Of a DNA stretch of 38,145 nt, positions 1 to 9,495 are shown piece by piece (position 1 is the first letter of the stretch; each line of letters starts with the position of its first letter). The stretch is from Planctomycetes bacterium UBA1146 (lineage in GTDB: Bacteria > Planctomycetota > UBA8108 > UBA1146), in NCBI GenBank assembly GCA_963694575.1, contig CAVOEM010000003.1, positions 1 to 38,145 on the forward strand. Reading direction: 5' to 3'. Made by a program: the position numbers and the translations under genes. The notes below the pieces were generated by a model, which worked only from the letters and a program-made list of their open reading frames with translations, had not been told where the DNA came from and made no database searches.

Positions 1-70
1 CCAGGCATCCAGTGAGTGGCAACAGTAGCAAGATTGCAAACCGGGTAATGACGGACATCTTCTTCCCCAT
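1..70 (-). CDS. 5' fragment of a probable lipoprotein (runs off the left edge)
   Basis: Not in the ORF track. Manual translation from ATG 70 (or ATG 58) gives MGKKMSVITRFAILLLLPLTGCL: basic N-region, hydrophobic stretch, lipobox LTGC. Divergent from yjbQ. Confidence 0.65.
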   Translation of the reverse strand, partial: MGKKMSVITRFAILLLLPLTGCL

Positions 71-151
71 TCCTCTTCTGTGGGTTGTGTACCTGATTCT
101 GGTAGCATTAGACTTGCCAATCAAGCGGAGCATCCGCCAGAAGGAGGCGAA

Positions 152-562
152 TTGTTCGGGGAAACGATCACATTTGAGACTCCTGGACGCGGGCTTCATG
201 AGATTACCGATCCCGTTGCCCAGGCGGTGAAGCGGGCAGATATCGAAACCGGTGTTTGCTCCATCTTCATCCGGCACACCAGTGCCAGCCTCATCATCAC
301 GGAAAATGCCGACCCTTCGGCGAGGCAGGACTTGCAGCGCTGGATCCAGAAACTCGCCCCGGAAGGGGATGCTGCCTACACCCACACCAGCGAAGGCCCC
401 GATGACATGCCTTCCCACCTCCGAGCGGCGATAACCAACACAGGGGAAAGTATCCCCGTCACCGATGGCGTCCTCGACCTGGGACAATGGCAGGGAATCT
501 TCATCTTTGAACACAGATCTGCTCCGCACCATCGGTCGATCAGCGTGCGAGTGTGGGAATGA
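152..562 (+). CDS. yjbQ: YjbQ/UPF0047 family protein (secondary thiamine-phosphate synthase family)
   Basis: Motifs HTSASL..ENADP, EGPDDMPSH, LGQWQGIF.EHR. Start moved to TTG 152 behind AAGGAGG (141-147); 136 aa. Confidence 0.9.
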   Translation: MFGETITFETPGRGLHEITDPVAQAVKRADIETGVCSIFIRHTSASLIITENADPSARQDLQRWIQKLAPEGDAAYTHTSEGPDDMPSHLRAAITNTGESIPVTDGVLDLGQWQGIFIFEHRSAPHHRSISVRVWE

Positions 563-1728
563 GGAACATGAACACACAGCAGGCCACCCCGCCCATCAGT
601 GAAACCGCATCCGAGCCGCAGTGGATGGCAATGAAGGCCGATGTGATCCAGTTCTGGGGCGAGCTCCCACCACTGGCTCAATCCGCTCTGATCATCGTGC
701 TTTCCATCATCGCTGCGAAACTCTCCGACTGGATTCTCACCAGTCTGGCCGGACGCTGGGCAAAAAAAACCAAGAACTCTCTCGACGATGAATTCATCGC
801 ATTGATGCATCGCCCGGTTTTTCTGGTGGTGCTACTGCTCGGGCTTGACCTGGCATCGCAGAAGGTTGGGTTGAATGAATCACTTCTGTTCACCACGAGA
901 TCTTGTCTTCAGACCATCGCCATCTTCATCATCTGTAGCTTCATGATACGGTCGTCTCGACTGATCCTGGACAGCATCAGCCGAAGGAATGATCAATACC
1001 AGATGGTGCAGCCGAGAACTCTGCCCCTTTACTACAACATCTCGCTGCTGGTCATCATCGGCGCTGCGGTCTATTTCATGTTCATTGCGTGGGAAATAGA
1101 CCCCACAGCATGGTTGGCTTCCGCCGGCATCATCGGATTAGCCCTGAGCTTTGCCGCCAAGGACAGCCTGGCAAACTTGTTTGCTGGAGCTTTCATCCTC
1201 GCAGATTCACCCTACAAACTGGGCGATTACATCATCCTCGACAGCGGGGAGCGGGGTCGGGTAACCAACATCGGGCTGCGAAGTACTCGTATGCTGACTC
1301 GAGACGATGTCGAGATCACCATCCCCAACTCGGTGATGGGAAACTCAAAGATCACCAACGAGAGCGGGGGGCCCTACGAGAAGGAGCGAATCCGCGTCAA
1401 GGTGGGGGTCGCCTATGGAACCAATCTCGAACGCGTCGAAGAACTGCTGGTGAAAATTGCCGAAGGCCACCCGGAAATCATGACCCACCCTGAACCAAGG
1501 GTGCGTTGCCGACAACTGGGAGATTCAAGCGTTGTCTTCGAGCTACTGGCGTGGATCGAAGAACCAGTGTTGCGCGGAAAGATGACACACCTTTTGACCT
1601 GTGAGATCTACAACACCTTTCTCCGGGAAAAGATCGAGATCCCATTTCCACAGCGCGTGGTTTACCTGAAGAATGATCGCAAGGATTCAACTGAAGTACC
1701 AAACCCAACCGATTCGACACCTCTGTAA
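559..1728 (+). CDS. Small-conductance mechanosensitive channel (MscS family)
   Basis: Several TM helices, then AGIIGLALSFAAKDSLANLFAG, PYKLGDYI, GRVTNIGLRST, IPNS, IEIPFPQR. ATG 559 overlaps the yjbQ stop (ATGA). Confidence 0.93.
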   Translation: MRNMNTQQATPPISETASEPQWMAMKADVIQFWGELPPLAQSALIIVLSIIAAKLSDWILTSLAGRWAKKTKNSLDDEFIALMHRPVFLVVLLLGLDLASQKVGLNESLLFTTRSCLQTIAIFIICSFMIRSSRLILDSISRRNDQYQMVQPRTLPLYYNISLLVIIGAAVYFMFIAWEIDPTAWLASAGIIGLALSFAAKDSLANLFAGAFILADSPYKLGDYIILDSGERGRVTNIGLRSTRMLTRDDVEITIPNSVMGNSKITNESGGPYEKERIRVKVGVAYGTNLERVEELLVKIAEGHPEIMTHPEPRVRCRQLGDSSVVFELLAWIEEPVLRGKMTHLLTCEIYNTFLREKIEIPFPQRVVYLKNDRKDSTEVPNPTDSTPL

Positions 1729-1737
1729 GGAGCCCAA

Positions 1738-2085
1738 ATGACCGGACCCAAGGTCCTCGTCGCCTGTTCAGATTCCGAGTTACGCATGAGTTGCTTCAAC
1801 CGTGTCTCCGCCCTCGGAGTCCGGGCGGACGCCGTGGGTGACCAAAAAGGATTTGGTCGTCGAACCGACAAGGACAAGTACCAGATGATCCTTCACGATT
1901 CAGGGATCGAGGTCGAGGAAAACGCTGCAGACCATGTCTTGCTGGTCGAATCCAACAACGAACTGGAAAAGGACCTGGAAAATCAGGTCAGGACTCTTCT
2001 CGAGGTTCCGCTGCGAAATATCGATGAAGAGGAAAAGATCGATGAGCCTCCGCCGCCATGGTTGAAGAACAACCGGGGGTGGTAA
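1738..2085 (+). CDS. Hypothetical protein, atypical single receiver-like domain
   Basis: AAGGAG RBS right after the mscS stop. KVLVA...YQMILHD mirrors the REC beta1-alpha1-beta2-alpha2-beta3 pattern, but the acidic pair is replaced by CS. Confidence 0.6.
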   Translation: MTGPKVLVACSDSELRMSCFNRVSALGVRADAVGDQKGFGRRTDKDKYQMILHDSGIEVEENAADHVLLVESNNELEKDLENQVRTLLEVPLRNIDEEEKIDEPPPPWLKNNRGW

Positions 2086-2112
2086 CGGAAGGTCCCGGAT
2101 CCGAGGAAGTCG

Positions 2113-2802
2113 CTATCGCCCGAGGCTGGCGATCCACGCAGGGATTCCCACCGCCGTCACCTGCTCCGCTGCTCGCAGATCCTGACCCATTTTCTCCATC
2201 TGATCGACTGGAAGAGGGAATCTCCAGGTCGCCACATCCTCGATGAACAATGACCGGGGATCTTTCAGCCACGCTTCGATACGCACCAGGTGATGCGCTT
2301 CGCCTTGAACCTGAGGAGGCAACTGCAGTCTCAGCCCTGAGACCGTCGCGGGTCTTCCGATGGCATTGAAATCTTCACCGTCGAGGTTGAAGGCGTGCTC
2401 CGACAGCCATCTAGAAGCTTCTCCGCCGCCTGGAACCTGCAAAAGAGTACGGTGATTCCTGGTCCGGGCAACGATCATCGGGATGTTGACACACTGCCTC
2501 AATGACCTCAGTACTTCCTCGATCCTCCGAAAGAGCACATCGGTGCCAGTGCCGGCACCCTGCTCCTCGAATTGCACGCGATCTTTGGCGAAGGTGACTC
2601 TCGATATGCCAGATTCTGGGCCGGGGCTCGACTCGAGCCGCGCTCCCATGGCGGTCTTTGTGAAATTTTCATAGCCACACGTTCCGGAGACCTCCATATA
2701 GACATCTCGAAGTTGCTCTGCGGTGATCTGGATCGGCAGATGAATCAGGTCTATTGAAACTCCCAGGGTGCTGGAGTCTGGAGCGGACATCGAATCGGTC
2801 AT
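2113..2802 (-). CDS. Hypothetical protein, third gene of the XPB operon
   Basis: 229-aa ORF whose ATG overlaps the upstream stop (2799-2802). Globular alpha/beta pattern; family not confidently recognised. Confidence 0.75.
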   Translation of the reverse strand: MTDSMSAPDSSTLGVSIDLIHLPIQITAEQLRDVYMEVSGTCGYENFTKTAMGARLESSPGPESGISRVTFAKDRVQFEEQGAGTGTDVLFRRIEEVLRSLRQCVNIPMIVARTRNHRTLLQVPGGGEASRWLSEHAFNLDGEDFNAIGRPATVSGLRLQLPPQVQGEAHHLVRIEAWLKDPRSLFIEDVATWRFPLPVDQMEKMGQDLRAAEQVTAVGIPAWIASLGR

Positions 2803-4826
2803 TGCGATTCCTTGGAGGGGGACTTCAAGCGCAGGGCTGTATCCTCCTGGATCCGCACCAACCAGCCCTCTTCTCGCAAACGATCGATAAATCCAGGGCT
2901 GGATCCATCCGTGGACTGAAGGGTGCTACCGGGAATCAGAATCTCACCTCTTCCCAGCTCCACGTGTTTGACTTTTTCCTGATCGAGCAGTTCTCGCAGC
3001 GACTTGCAACGATCAGGACGCAGTCCGGAAAAAATGATCGCCGGACGAGCTTGTACCCAATCCATGTCACGTCCCCAGTCGCGAATCGACACCGCCACCG
3101 TCTCGGGGAGAGGGTGATCACTCGCATCTTCGAGCACCTTGCGAATCTCGTCGATCGCCAGCCCAGACCGAATCCCAAATCGCATCGATTCTGGTGTCGC
3201 CCGGAATCTTCTCACCCGCTCCGCAGAGAGCCGCTCACAAAAGCGTGCCAGTTGCAGTTCGAGACACATCCCATCCACGCCTCCAGTGAACAACATGATC
3301 TCGAAATCTGGATTGACCAGGATGCGGCACTCGCCAGATTCGCATGGATGCCCCAGTTGGTCATGACCCAGAGAGGTCAGCCGGAAGGCCGCCAAAGAGC
3401 CGTCGATCTGGCCGATCTCGCACATTCCCAGGCACAACAGCCGGTTGACGATCCAATACGCCAGGTCGGTTCCGAGTCGATGGAATGGACTCTGTAGCCG
3501 CTTCTGCGCGAAGTCCTCTTCGCGGCGGAGACGTAACGAGCTGGCCACTTCGCGTTCTTCCAGCTCCAGCATGTAGGTTCCAACACAGTGATCGATCAGG
3601 CCATCAAGGGAACGCCAACTGTCTCCCTCGGTAGCGCGCAGCGCATCCATCAAGATGTCTCGCAGTGCTTCCTGGTGGAAGGACCAGCGTTCGCCGGCGC
3701 TCTCTTCGAGGAAGCGATGTAACAACACCTCTACCTTGCGCCGAAACTCCAGGTTTCTCCACGAGGCCAGACTTTCACTGTTGACCCGCAACTCACCGGC
3801 AAAGTTTTCGATGATTCCCAATCGTAAGGCAACCCGCAACACGCTGGTCACGGAGTCTCCCTCGAGGAATGAATCGAGTCTCTCCAGCAACATGCCTTGG
3901 CGACACTGCTCCGCCAGCCTCTTGGGAAAACTACCCAAGCGGGTCAGCCTGATCGGGTTTTGCTCCACCTGAAGAGAGAATCGCTCCAGGTCGATGAACA
4001 GATCCACACCCGCCTCGATGATACTGTCGGGTTCCGCGACATCATCGATGCGCGCTTTGGCTCTGATCTGGATCCACTCCTGGAAAATCACCAGTGCGGG
4101 ATCCGGAATCGAAATCCCGAAGTCTTGCAGGCTGATGCTTCCGATGGTTCCGATCCCGGCGTCTTCTAAAAGGGTTCTCCAGGGCGTGAGGTCCGGGTCC
4201 TCGATCCCCGCAGCCTCCATCACATCGAGCGCCGGCTGAGAATCCAGGTCGAAGATGCCCCTCTTCTTGAGGGTTAGGTGGCACAGTTTCACCAGAACCG
4301 GGTCCGCCAGTTGATCGATACGCTCCTCGATGGTGCCGCTTTCGAAGTCAATCTCAAAAGGTAGCCGCTTCTGGCTGATGACATCCGCTGCGGATGTGGG
4401 CTCACCTCCCCCCACCTCCAGGACTCGTGCCAGGTGACCAGCGAGTTCATCGGGAATCTCCAGCACTTCCGGTTTTGCCCGGTCTTTCTTCTTGTTCCTG
4501 GAGATGAATCCTCGCTCGACGAGCTGGCGTAAGGTGGCCTCCACTTCGATTCGGGACGCACCGCCAAGGGCGAGAGCCTCCTGCAGGTCGGCCAGGGGAG
4601 CTCGGGGTGTCGATCTCCCCAGCACAGTGATGATCAACCGCCGTTGCGATTGGCTCAAACGTGCGACCCGCTCCTCGATTCCAACACCTTTTCTGAGCGC
4701 GGAACCCACTCGTGTTCGTAGTTCCTCTGCTTTGGCTTGAACCGATTCGCCAGGGAGCCAGAACTGGTGAATTGTCTGCAACTCGGCCTTCTTCAGACCT
4801 TTCAAAAACTCGCAGACTGCGCTCAT
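2799..4826 (-). CDS. XPB helicase-associated protein with C-terminal Helicase_C_3 (XPB/Ssl2 N-terminal-like) domain
   Basis: ILVNPDFEIM...LARFCE...FRATPESMRFGIRSGL.IDEIRKVLE..SDHPLPETVAVSIRDW. wHTH-like N-terminal segment (LRQLVERGFI). ATGA-coupled to the XPB gene. Confidence 0.85.
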   Translation of the reverse strand: MSAVCEFLKGLKKAELQTIHQFWLPGESVQAKAEELRTRVGSALRKGVGIEERVARLSQSQRRLIITVLGRSTPRAPLADLQEALALGGASRIEVEATLRQLVERGFISRNKKKDRAKPEVLEIPDELAGHLARVLEVGGGEPTSAADVISQKRLPFEIDFESGTIEERIDQLADPVLVKLCHLTLKKRGIFDLDSQPALDVMEAAGIEDPDLTPWRTLLEDAGIGTIGSISLQDFGISIPDPALVIFQEWIQIRAKARIDDVAEPDSIIEAGVDLFIDLERFSLQVEQNPIRLTRLGSFPKRLAEQCRQGMLLERLDSFLEGDSVTSVLRVALRLGIIENFAGELRVNSESLASWRNLEFRRKVEVLLHRFLEESAGERWSFHQEALRDILMDALRATEGDSWRSLDGLIDHCVGTYMLELEEREVASSLRLRREEDFAQKRLQSPFHRLGTDLAYWIVNRLLCLGMCEIGQIDGSLAAFRLTSLGHDQLGHPCESGECRILVNPDFEIMLFTGGVDGMCLELQLARFCERLSAERVRRFRATPESMRFGIRSGLAIDEIRKVLEDASDHPLPETVAVSIRDWGRDMDWVQARPAIIFSGLRPDRCKSLRELLDQEKVKHVELGRGEILIPGSTLQSTDGSSPGFIDRLREEGWLVRIQEDTALRLKSPSKESQ

Positions 4827-6502
4827 TGGAGCACCTCTTCTTGTTCTTCAATTTCGTACTGGTAGCCCTGCTCCATCAGAAAACGCTGCCGCCGCAGAGC
4901 GAAATCCTGATCCCGGGAGTCTCGGGTCACGAGTGAGTAAAATGTGGCCTCACGGCCATCGGATTTGGGACGTAGGACACGGCCGAGACGCTGGGCCTCT
5001 TCCTGTCTCGATCCATAGGTTCCAGAGATCTGGACCGCCACCGACGCATCGGGTAAATCGACCGCGAAATTCCCCACCTTGCTGACGATCAGAACCGGAA
5101 TCTCTCCACCACGGAAGGCCGTATAGAGACGCTCCCGTTCATCTTGTGGGGTGTGCCCGGTGATCAGCGGCGCGCCGATCGAACGGGAGACTTCTTTCAG
5201 TTGGCGCAGGTACTGCCCGATCACCAGGATCCGATCTCCTTCATGCCGTTTCAAAATTCCGTGAAGGCGTCTCAATTTCATCGGGTTTTCCGAAGAGATG
5301 CGAAATCTGTGGCGTCGATCCGCAGACAGATACGAATCTCGCTCATCCAGGGGCAGGTCGAGGCGCACCTCGACGCAACGCACCTTCGCGATGAAGCCCT
5401 CCTTTTCGAGGTCTCGCCATGGCATGTCGTAAATCCTCGGCCCGATCAGCGTGAACACCTCATCCTCACGGCCATCCTCACGCACCAGTGTCGCAGTCAG
5501 GCCCAGACGCCTGCGCGCCTGGATTTCCGCAGTAAAGCGGAACACTGGAGCCGGCAGCATGTGGACCTCATCGTAGATGATCAGCCCCCAGTCATTACTG
5601 GAGAAGAGATCGAGATGGGTGAACTCGTCCGTCTTTGATTTTCTATGCGCGGTAATTTGGTAAGTCGCAACAGTGATCGGCGCAATGTCTTTCCTGGCCC
5701 CGGAATACTCTGCTACATCGTCTTCCCCTAGATTGGTCCAGCGGATGATCTCCTTGCGCCACTGTCTGACGCTGGTGATGTTCGGAGCCAGGATCAAGGT
5801 CTGGCATTTGATCTTCTCGATGAGGCCGATACCGACCATCGTTTTTCCCGCACCGCAGGGGAGCACCACTACCCCTGATCCGCCTCCACCGCCCTGTGAC
5901 GAAAAGAATGCGTCTACCGACTCCACCTGGTAGTTGCGGAGCGAGAACTCGGAAGCTTCATCGAATTTCACATCTACAGATGCGCCCGACTTGAAGCCCG
6001 CTCGATCGGCCACCGGGAATCCATTACGGATCATTGCGACCTTCAGCGCGCCTCGCTGGATCGGGTCGATGATGTATGCATTACCCTCGACCGGCTCGAC
6101 AAGGATCTTCGCCAGAGAAGGTCTCTGACACAGCGCGGTCAGGTGGTCGTCTTGTGCATCGCGAGGGCGCAGAATCAGATCGTCATTCTCTTCTCCGCGC
6201 ACCAACTCAAAGCGACCGAAGCTCTCAAGGGCTTTATCGATGACATCGATGAGCGCCTTCGGAACCGGGTAGCGAGCGTTATCTGTGAGTAAATCGACAA
6301 TCCGCTCACGACTCCAGCCCGACTGTGCCGCATTCCACAGTGAGATGGGGGTGATCCGGTACTCGTGAAAGTACTCGGGGCTCTTCTCCAGATGGGCGAA
6401 GGCCGCTAATTCGTGTCGGAGCCTCTGCGCTGAGGGATGATGGACCTCCAGTAGCAGGGTTCCATCGCTCTGTACGATGAGCGATTTCGATTCAGTAGTC
6501 AT
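4823..6502 (-). CDS. Bacterial XPB/Rad25 (ERCC3-like) SF2 DNA helicase
   Basis: N-terminal LIVQSDGTLLLEV...LEKSPE, Walker A LPCGAGKT, DEVH, GLTATLVREDG (RED motif), QEEAQRLGRVLRPK, RQRFLMEQGY. Confidence 0.95.
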   Translation of the reverse strand: MTTESKSLIVQSDGTLLLEVHHPSAQRLRHELAAFAHLEKSPEYFHEYRITPISLWNAAQSGWSRERIVDLLTDNARYPVPKALIDVIDKALESFGRFELVRGEENDDLILRPRDAQDDHLTALCQRPSLAKILVEPVEGNAYIIDPIQRGALKVAMIRNGFPVADRAGFKSGASVDVKFDEASEFSLRNYQVESVDAFFSSQGGGGGSGVVVLPCGAGKTMVGIGLIEKIKCQTLILAPNITSVRQWRKEIIRWTNLGEDDVAEYSGARKDIAPITVATYQITAHRKSKTDEFTHLDLFSSNDWGLIIYDEVHMLPAPVFRFTAEIQARRRLGLTATLVREDGREDEVFTLIGPRIYDMPWRDLEKEGFIAKVRCVEVRLDLPLDERDSYLSADRRHRFRISSENPMKLRRLHGILKRHEGDRILVIGQYLRQLKEVSRSIGAPLITGHTPQDERERLYTAFRGGEIPVLIVSKVGNFAVDLPDASVAVQISGTYGSRQEEAQRLGRVLRPKSDGREATFYSLVTRDSRDQDFALRRQRFLMEQGYQYEIEEQEEVLQ

Positions 6503-6980
6503 TTTCAGCCGTCGATTGGACCGATCTTCGGCCGGATAGGCCGGCGCAGCGAATCGGCTCCTTGGCCCACTCTGCCGCGACTCTCGAAGTCCCCGACGAT
6601 TCTCCTTGTGATTAATCGGTAGCGACCCAGCCGGGTCAGCAAACCTGTATGGATTTCTCCGGCACCAGTGATCCAGAACTCAGGATTTCCCGTTCCTGTG
6701 TCTAGAATCCCCAGCACTTCGGAGGACAGTACCCGTGCACCACAATAGACCCCGACTTCCCCTGTATCCCCTTTTCCCCGAATCGGCGTCGCGCAAGTTG
6801 TGAGAAGTACCATGCACCACAGAGCTTGAACGTGTCTCAGCCCGAATCGGTTCCTCTTCCGTGCTCCTTCAATCTGCGACTCAACGCAGGGAGCATTAGA
6901 ATGGCCCCGAAACGGATGGGACAATCAAGAATGATATGCCATGAACCAGGAGAAGAATCTACCACCCACTTCGGAGTTGT

Positions 6981-9431
6981 TTATTCCTGTTCCTGATCAA
7001 ATTCGGGATCATCTACGGCAGACTCGACCAATTCCATGCCGATCACCCGGTCATCCTTCTTCACTTTGATCAATCGGACACCCTGGGTATTGCGTCCAAT
7101 CGGTCGAACATCGGCCAAGGAGATCCTCACCAGCATGCCAGAGGACGTCATCAGCATGGCGTCGCAATCTCCAGATAAGGCCTTTGCGGAGACCACGGCT
7201 CCGTTCCTCTTGGTAGTGCGGATATCGATCAATCCCTTGCCGCCACGCTTTTGCATCCTGTATTCGCTGAACAAGGTTTTCTTGCCAAATCCATGTTCAC
7301 ACACCGTCAGCAACGCTCCGTCATCCTCGACAACGGTCATCGACACCACCTGGTCATCTTTGCCGAGGGAAATCCCGTTCACACCTGCAGCATCTCTTCC
7401 CATCGGGCGAGCGTCCTTTTCGGTGAATCGGATCGACATCCCGGACGCCGTGGAAAGCACCACCTCATCCTCACCGGATGTGATGGCCACCCCGATCAGT
7501 TGATCCTCATCGTTGATCTTGATGGCCTTGATGCCGGTTTTCTTCGGGCGTGAGTAGGCCACCAGCGGTGTCTTCTTGACCTTACCAAGGCGTGTCGCAA
7601 ACAGCAGTTGTCGATCGTCGAATTCTGCCACCCGAATCATTCGGAGAATCTTCTCATCATTCTCGAGCTGTAGCAGATGCACCACCGGTTTACCCTTGGC
7701 GGTTCTGGTCATGTCGGAAAGTTGGTAGACCTTTAGCCAGTAGACCTTCCCTCGATCGGAGAACAACAGCAGCGTGTCATGGGTTCCAGCCACGAACAGG
7801 TTCTTGACAAAATCGTCTTCGCGGACCGAACCACCGGAGACCCCTCTTCCGCCCCGTCCTTGCGAGCGGTAGCTGGTCAACGGCGTCCTCTTGACGTAGC
7901 CCTGATGAGTCAGGGTCACGACCACATCCTCTTCCGTGATGAGGTCGGCGTAGTTGATCTCTTCTGCGTCTTCCTCGAACCTCGTCCGGCGAGTGTCCTT
8001 GAAGCGCTCTCTCAGATCATGAATGTCCTCACGGATGAGTTCCCGGACCACGGAATCGTCGGTCAGTACGGTTCTGTGGTAGTTAATTTCCTCACGGGTT
8101 TCAGCCAAGTCGCCCTGAAGCTTCTCCCTCTCGAGGCCTGTCAGTCGACGCAGCTGCATCCGCAAGATGGCATCGGACTGAATCCTGGTCAGTCCAAACT
8201 CGGCCATCATTGCATCCCTGGCCTCATCCTCGCTGTGCTTCGAGCGGATCAGTTCGATGATGCGATCGATGTTGTCGGTAGCGATGATCAGTCCGTCGAG
8301 TATGTGCGCCTTGCGTTCCGCCTTCGCCAACAGGTGGCGAGATCGACGGCGGATCACAACCCCGCGATGGTCACGGTATGCGTGAAGCAGTTGAACCAGG
8401 GTCAAGGTTCTGGGTCTGCCATTGACCAGTGCGATCTGCTGGATTCCAAAGGTGGTCTGCAATTGCGTGTGCTTGAACAGCTGATTGAGGATGACCTGAG
8501 CGTTTTCGTCCTTTTTCAGTTCGACCACCAGGCGAATCCCGGTGCGATCCGATTCATCACGGATATCGGAAATCCCGGTCACTCGCCCATCTTTGACCAA
8601 CCCCGCAATATCTCCGGCCAATTTGGCCTTTGACACCTGGTAGGGAATCTCGGTGACGACGATGGCTTCCTTCTGCTTGGTCACATCCTCGAAATGGGTC
8701 TTGGCCCGCAGCGTGAGTAGTCCGCGTCCCTTGCTGTAGGCATCGAGAATCCCTCTACGACCGCAGACCACTCCGCCGGTCGGGAAATCGGGGCCCTCGA
8801 TGACTTGCATCAGTTCTGCCAGTTGTACATCCGGATTGTCGAGCACCATCAACAGCGCAGAGCACACTTCTTGCAGGTTGTGTGGGGCGAAGTTGGTCGA
8901 CATGCCCACGGCAATCCCGGAGCCGCCGTTGACCAACAAGTTGGGGAACTTGCCCGGAAGTACTGTCGGCTCGTCGCGGGTGTCGTCGTAGTTCCGGATG
9001 AAATCGACGGTCTCCTTGTCGATGTCTGCGAGCATCTCGGTCGAAGCTTCGGTCATGCGAGCTTCCGTGTACCTCATCGCAGCCGGTGGATCTCCATCGA
9101 TGGAGCCGAAGTTGCCCTGCCCATCGACCATCGTCTGGCGCATGTTGAAAGGCTGCGCCATACGAACGAGGGTCGGGTAAATCACCGACTCGCCATGGGG
9201 ATGGTAGTTACCAGATGTATCACCGGCGACCTTTGCGCACTTGCGGTGCTTGGACCGAGGTCCCAGGTTGAGGTCATTCATCGCGACCAAGATTCGCCGC
9301 TGAGATGGCTTGAGGCCGTCTCTGACATCCGGGAGTGCGCGTTGGATAATCACGCTCATCGCGTAGGTGAGGTAGGAACTCTTCATCTCTTCTTCGAGTG
9401 AAAGGCTCTGAATCCTTGGCTGGTCAGTCAT
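6981..9431 (-). CDS. gyrA: DNA gyrase subunit A
   Basis: RALPDVRDGLKP, YHPHGES, catalytic AAMRYTE, GyrA-box QGRGGRG, C-terminal pinwheel repeats. Confidence 0.98.
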   Translation of the reverse strand: MTDQPRIQSLSLEEEMKSSYLTYAMSVIIQRALPDVRDGLKPSQRRILVAMNDLNLGPRSKHRKCAKVAGDTSGNYHPHGESVIYPTLVRMAQPFNMRQTMVDGQGNFGSIDGDPPAAMRYTEARMTEASTEMLADIDKETVDFIRNYDDTRDEPTVLPGKFPNLLVNGGSGIAVGMSTNFAPHNLQEVCSALLMVLDNPDVQLAELMQVIEGPDFPTGGVVCGRRGILDAYSKGRGLLTLRAKTHFEDVTKQKEAIVVTEIPYQVSKAKLAGDIAGLVKDGRVTGISDIRDESDRTGIRLVVELKKDENAQVILNQLFKHTQLQTTFGIQQIALVNGRPRTLTLVQLLHAYRDHRGVVIRRRSRHLLAKAERKAHILDGLIIATDNIDRIIELIRSKHSEDEARDAMMAEFGLTRIQSDAILRMQLRRLTGLEREKLQGDLAETREEINYHRTVLTDDSVVRELIREDIHDLRERFKDTRRTRFEEDAEEINYADLITEEDVVVTLTHQGYVKRTPLTSYRSQGRGGRGVSGGSVREDDFVKNLFVAGTHDTLLLFSDRGKVYWLKVYQLSDMTRTAKGKPVVHLLQLENDEKILRMIRVAEFDDRQLLFATRLGKVKKTPLVAYSRPKKTGIKAIKINDEDQLIGVAITSGEDEVVLSTASGMSIRFTEKDARPMGRDAAGVNGISLGKDDQVVSMTVVEDDGALLTVCEHGFGKKTLFSEYRMQKRGGKGLIDIRTTKRNGAVVSAKALSGDCDAMLMTSSGMLVRISLADVRPIGRNTQGVRLIKVKKDDRVIGMELVESAVDDPEFDQEQE

Positions 9432-9495
9432 CGTTTTCAGTCTCCTGATCGGTCGGCGCGACTGCGCCTATCTGGTTCCTACTCGCTTGTAAATT

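Noticed and set aside
6505-6924. 139-aa minus-strand ORF between gyrA and XPB
   Set aside because: No recognisable motif or convincing RBS; treated as intergenic, though a small gene cannot be excluded.
9170-9210. GyrA QRDR with Pro at the Asp87-equivalent position as a quinolone-resistance mutation
   Set aside because: HPHGESVIYP is, from recall, the normal PVC-lineage sequence; used as a taxonomic hint only.
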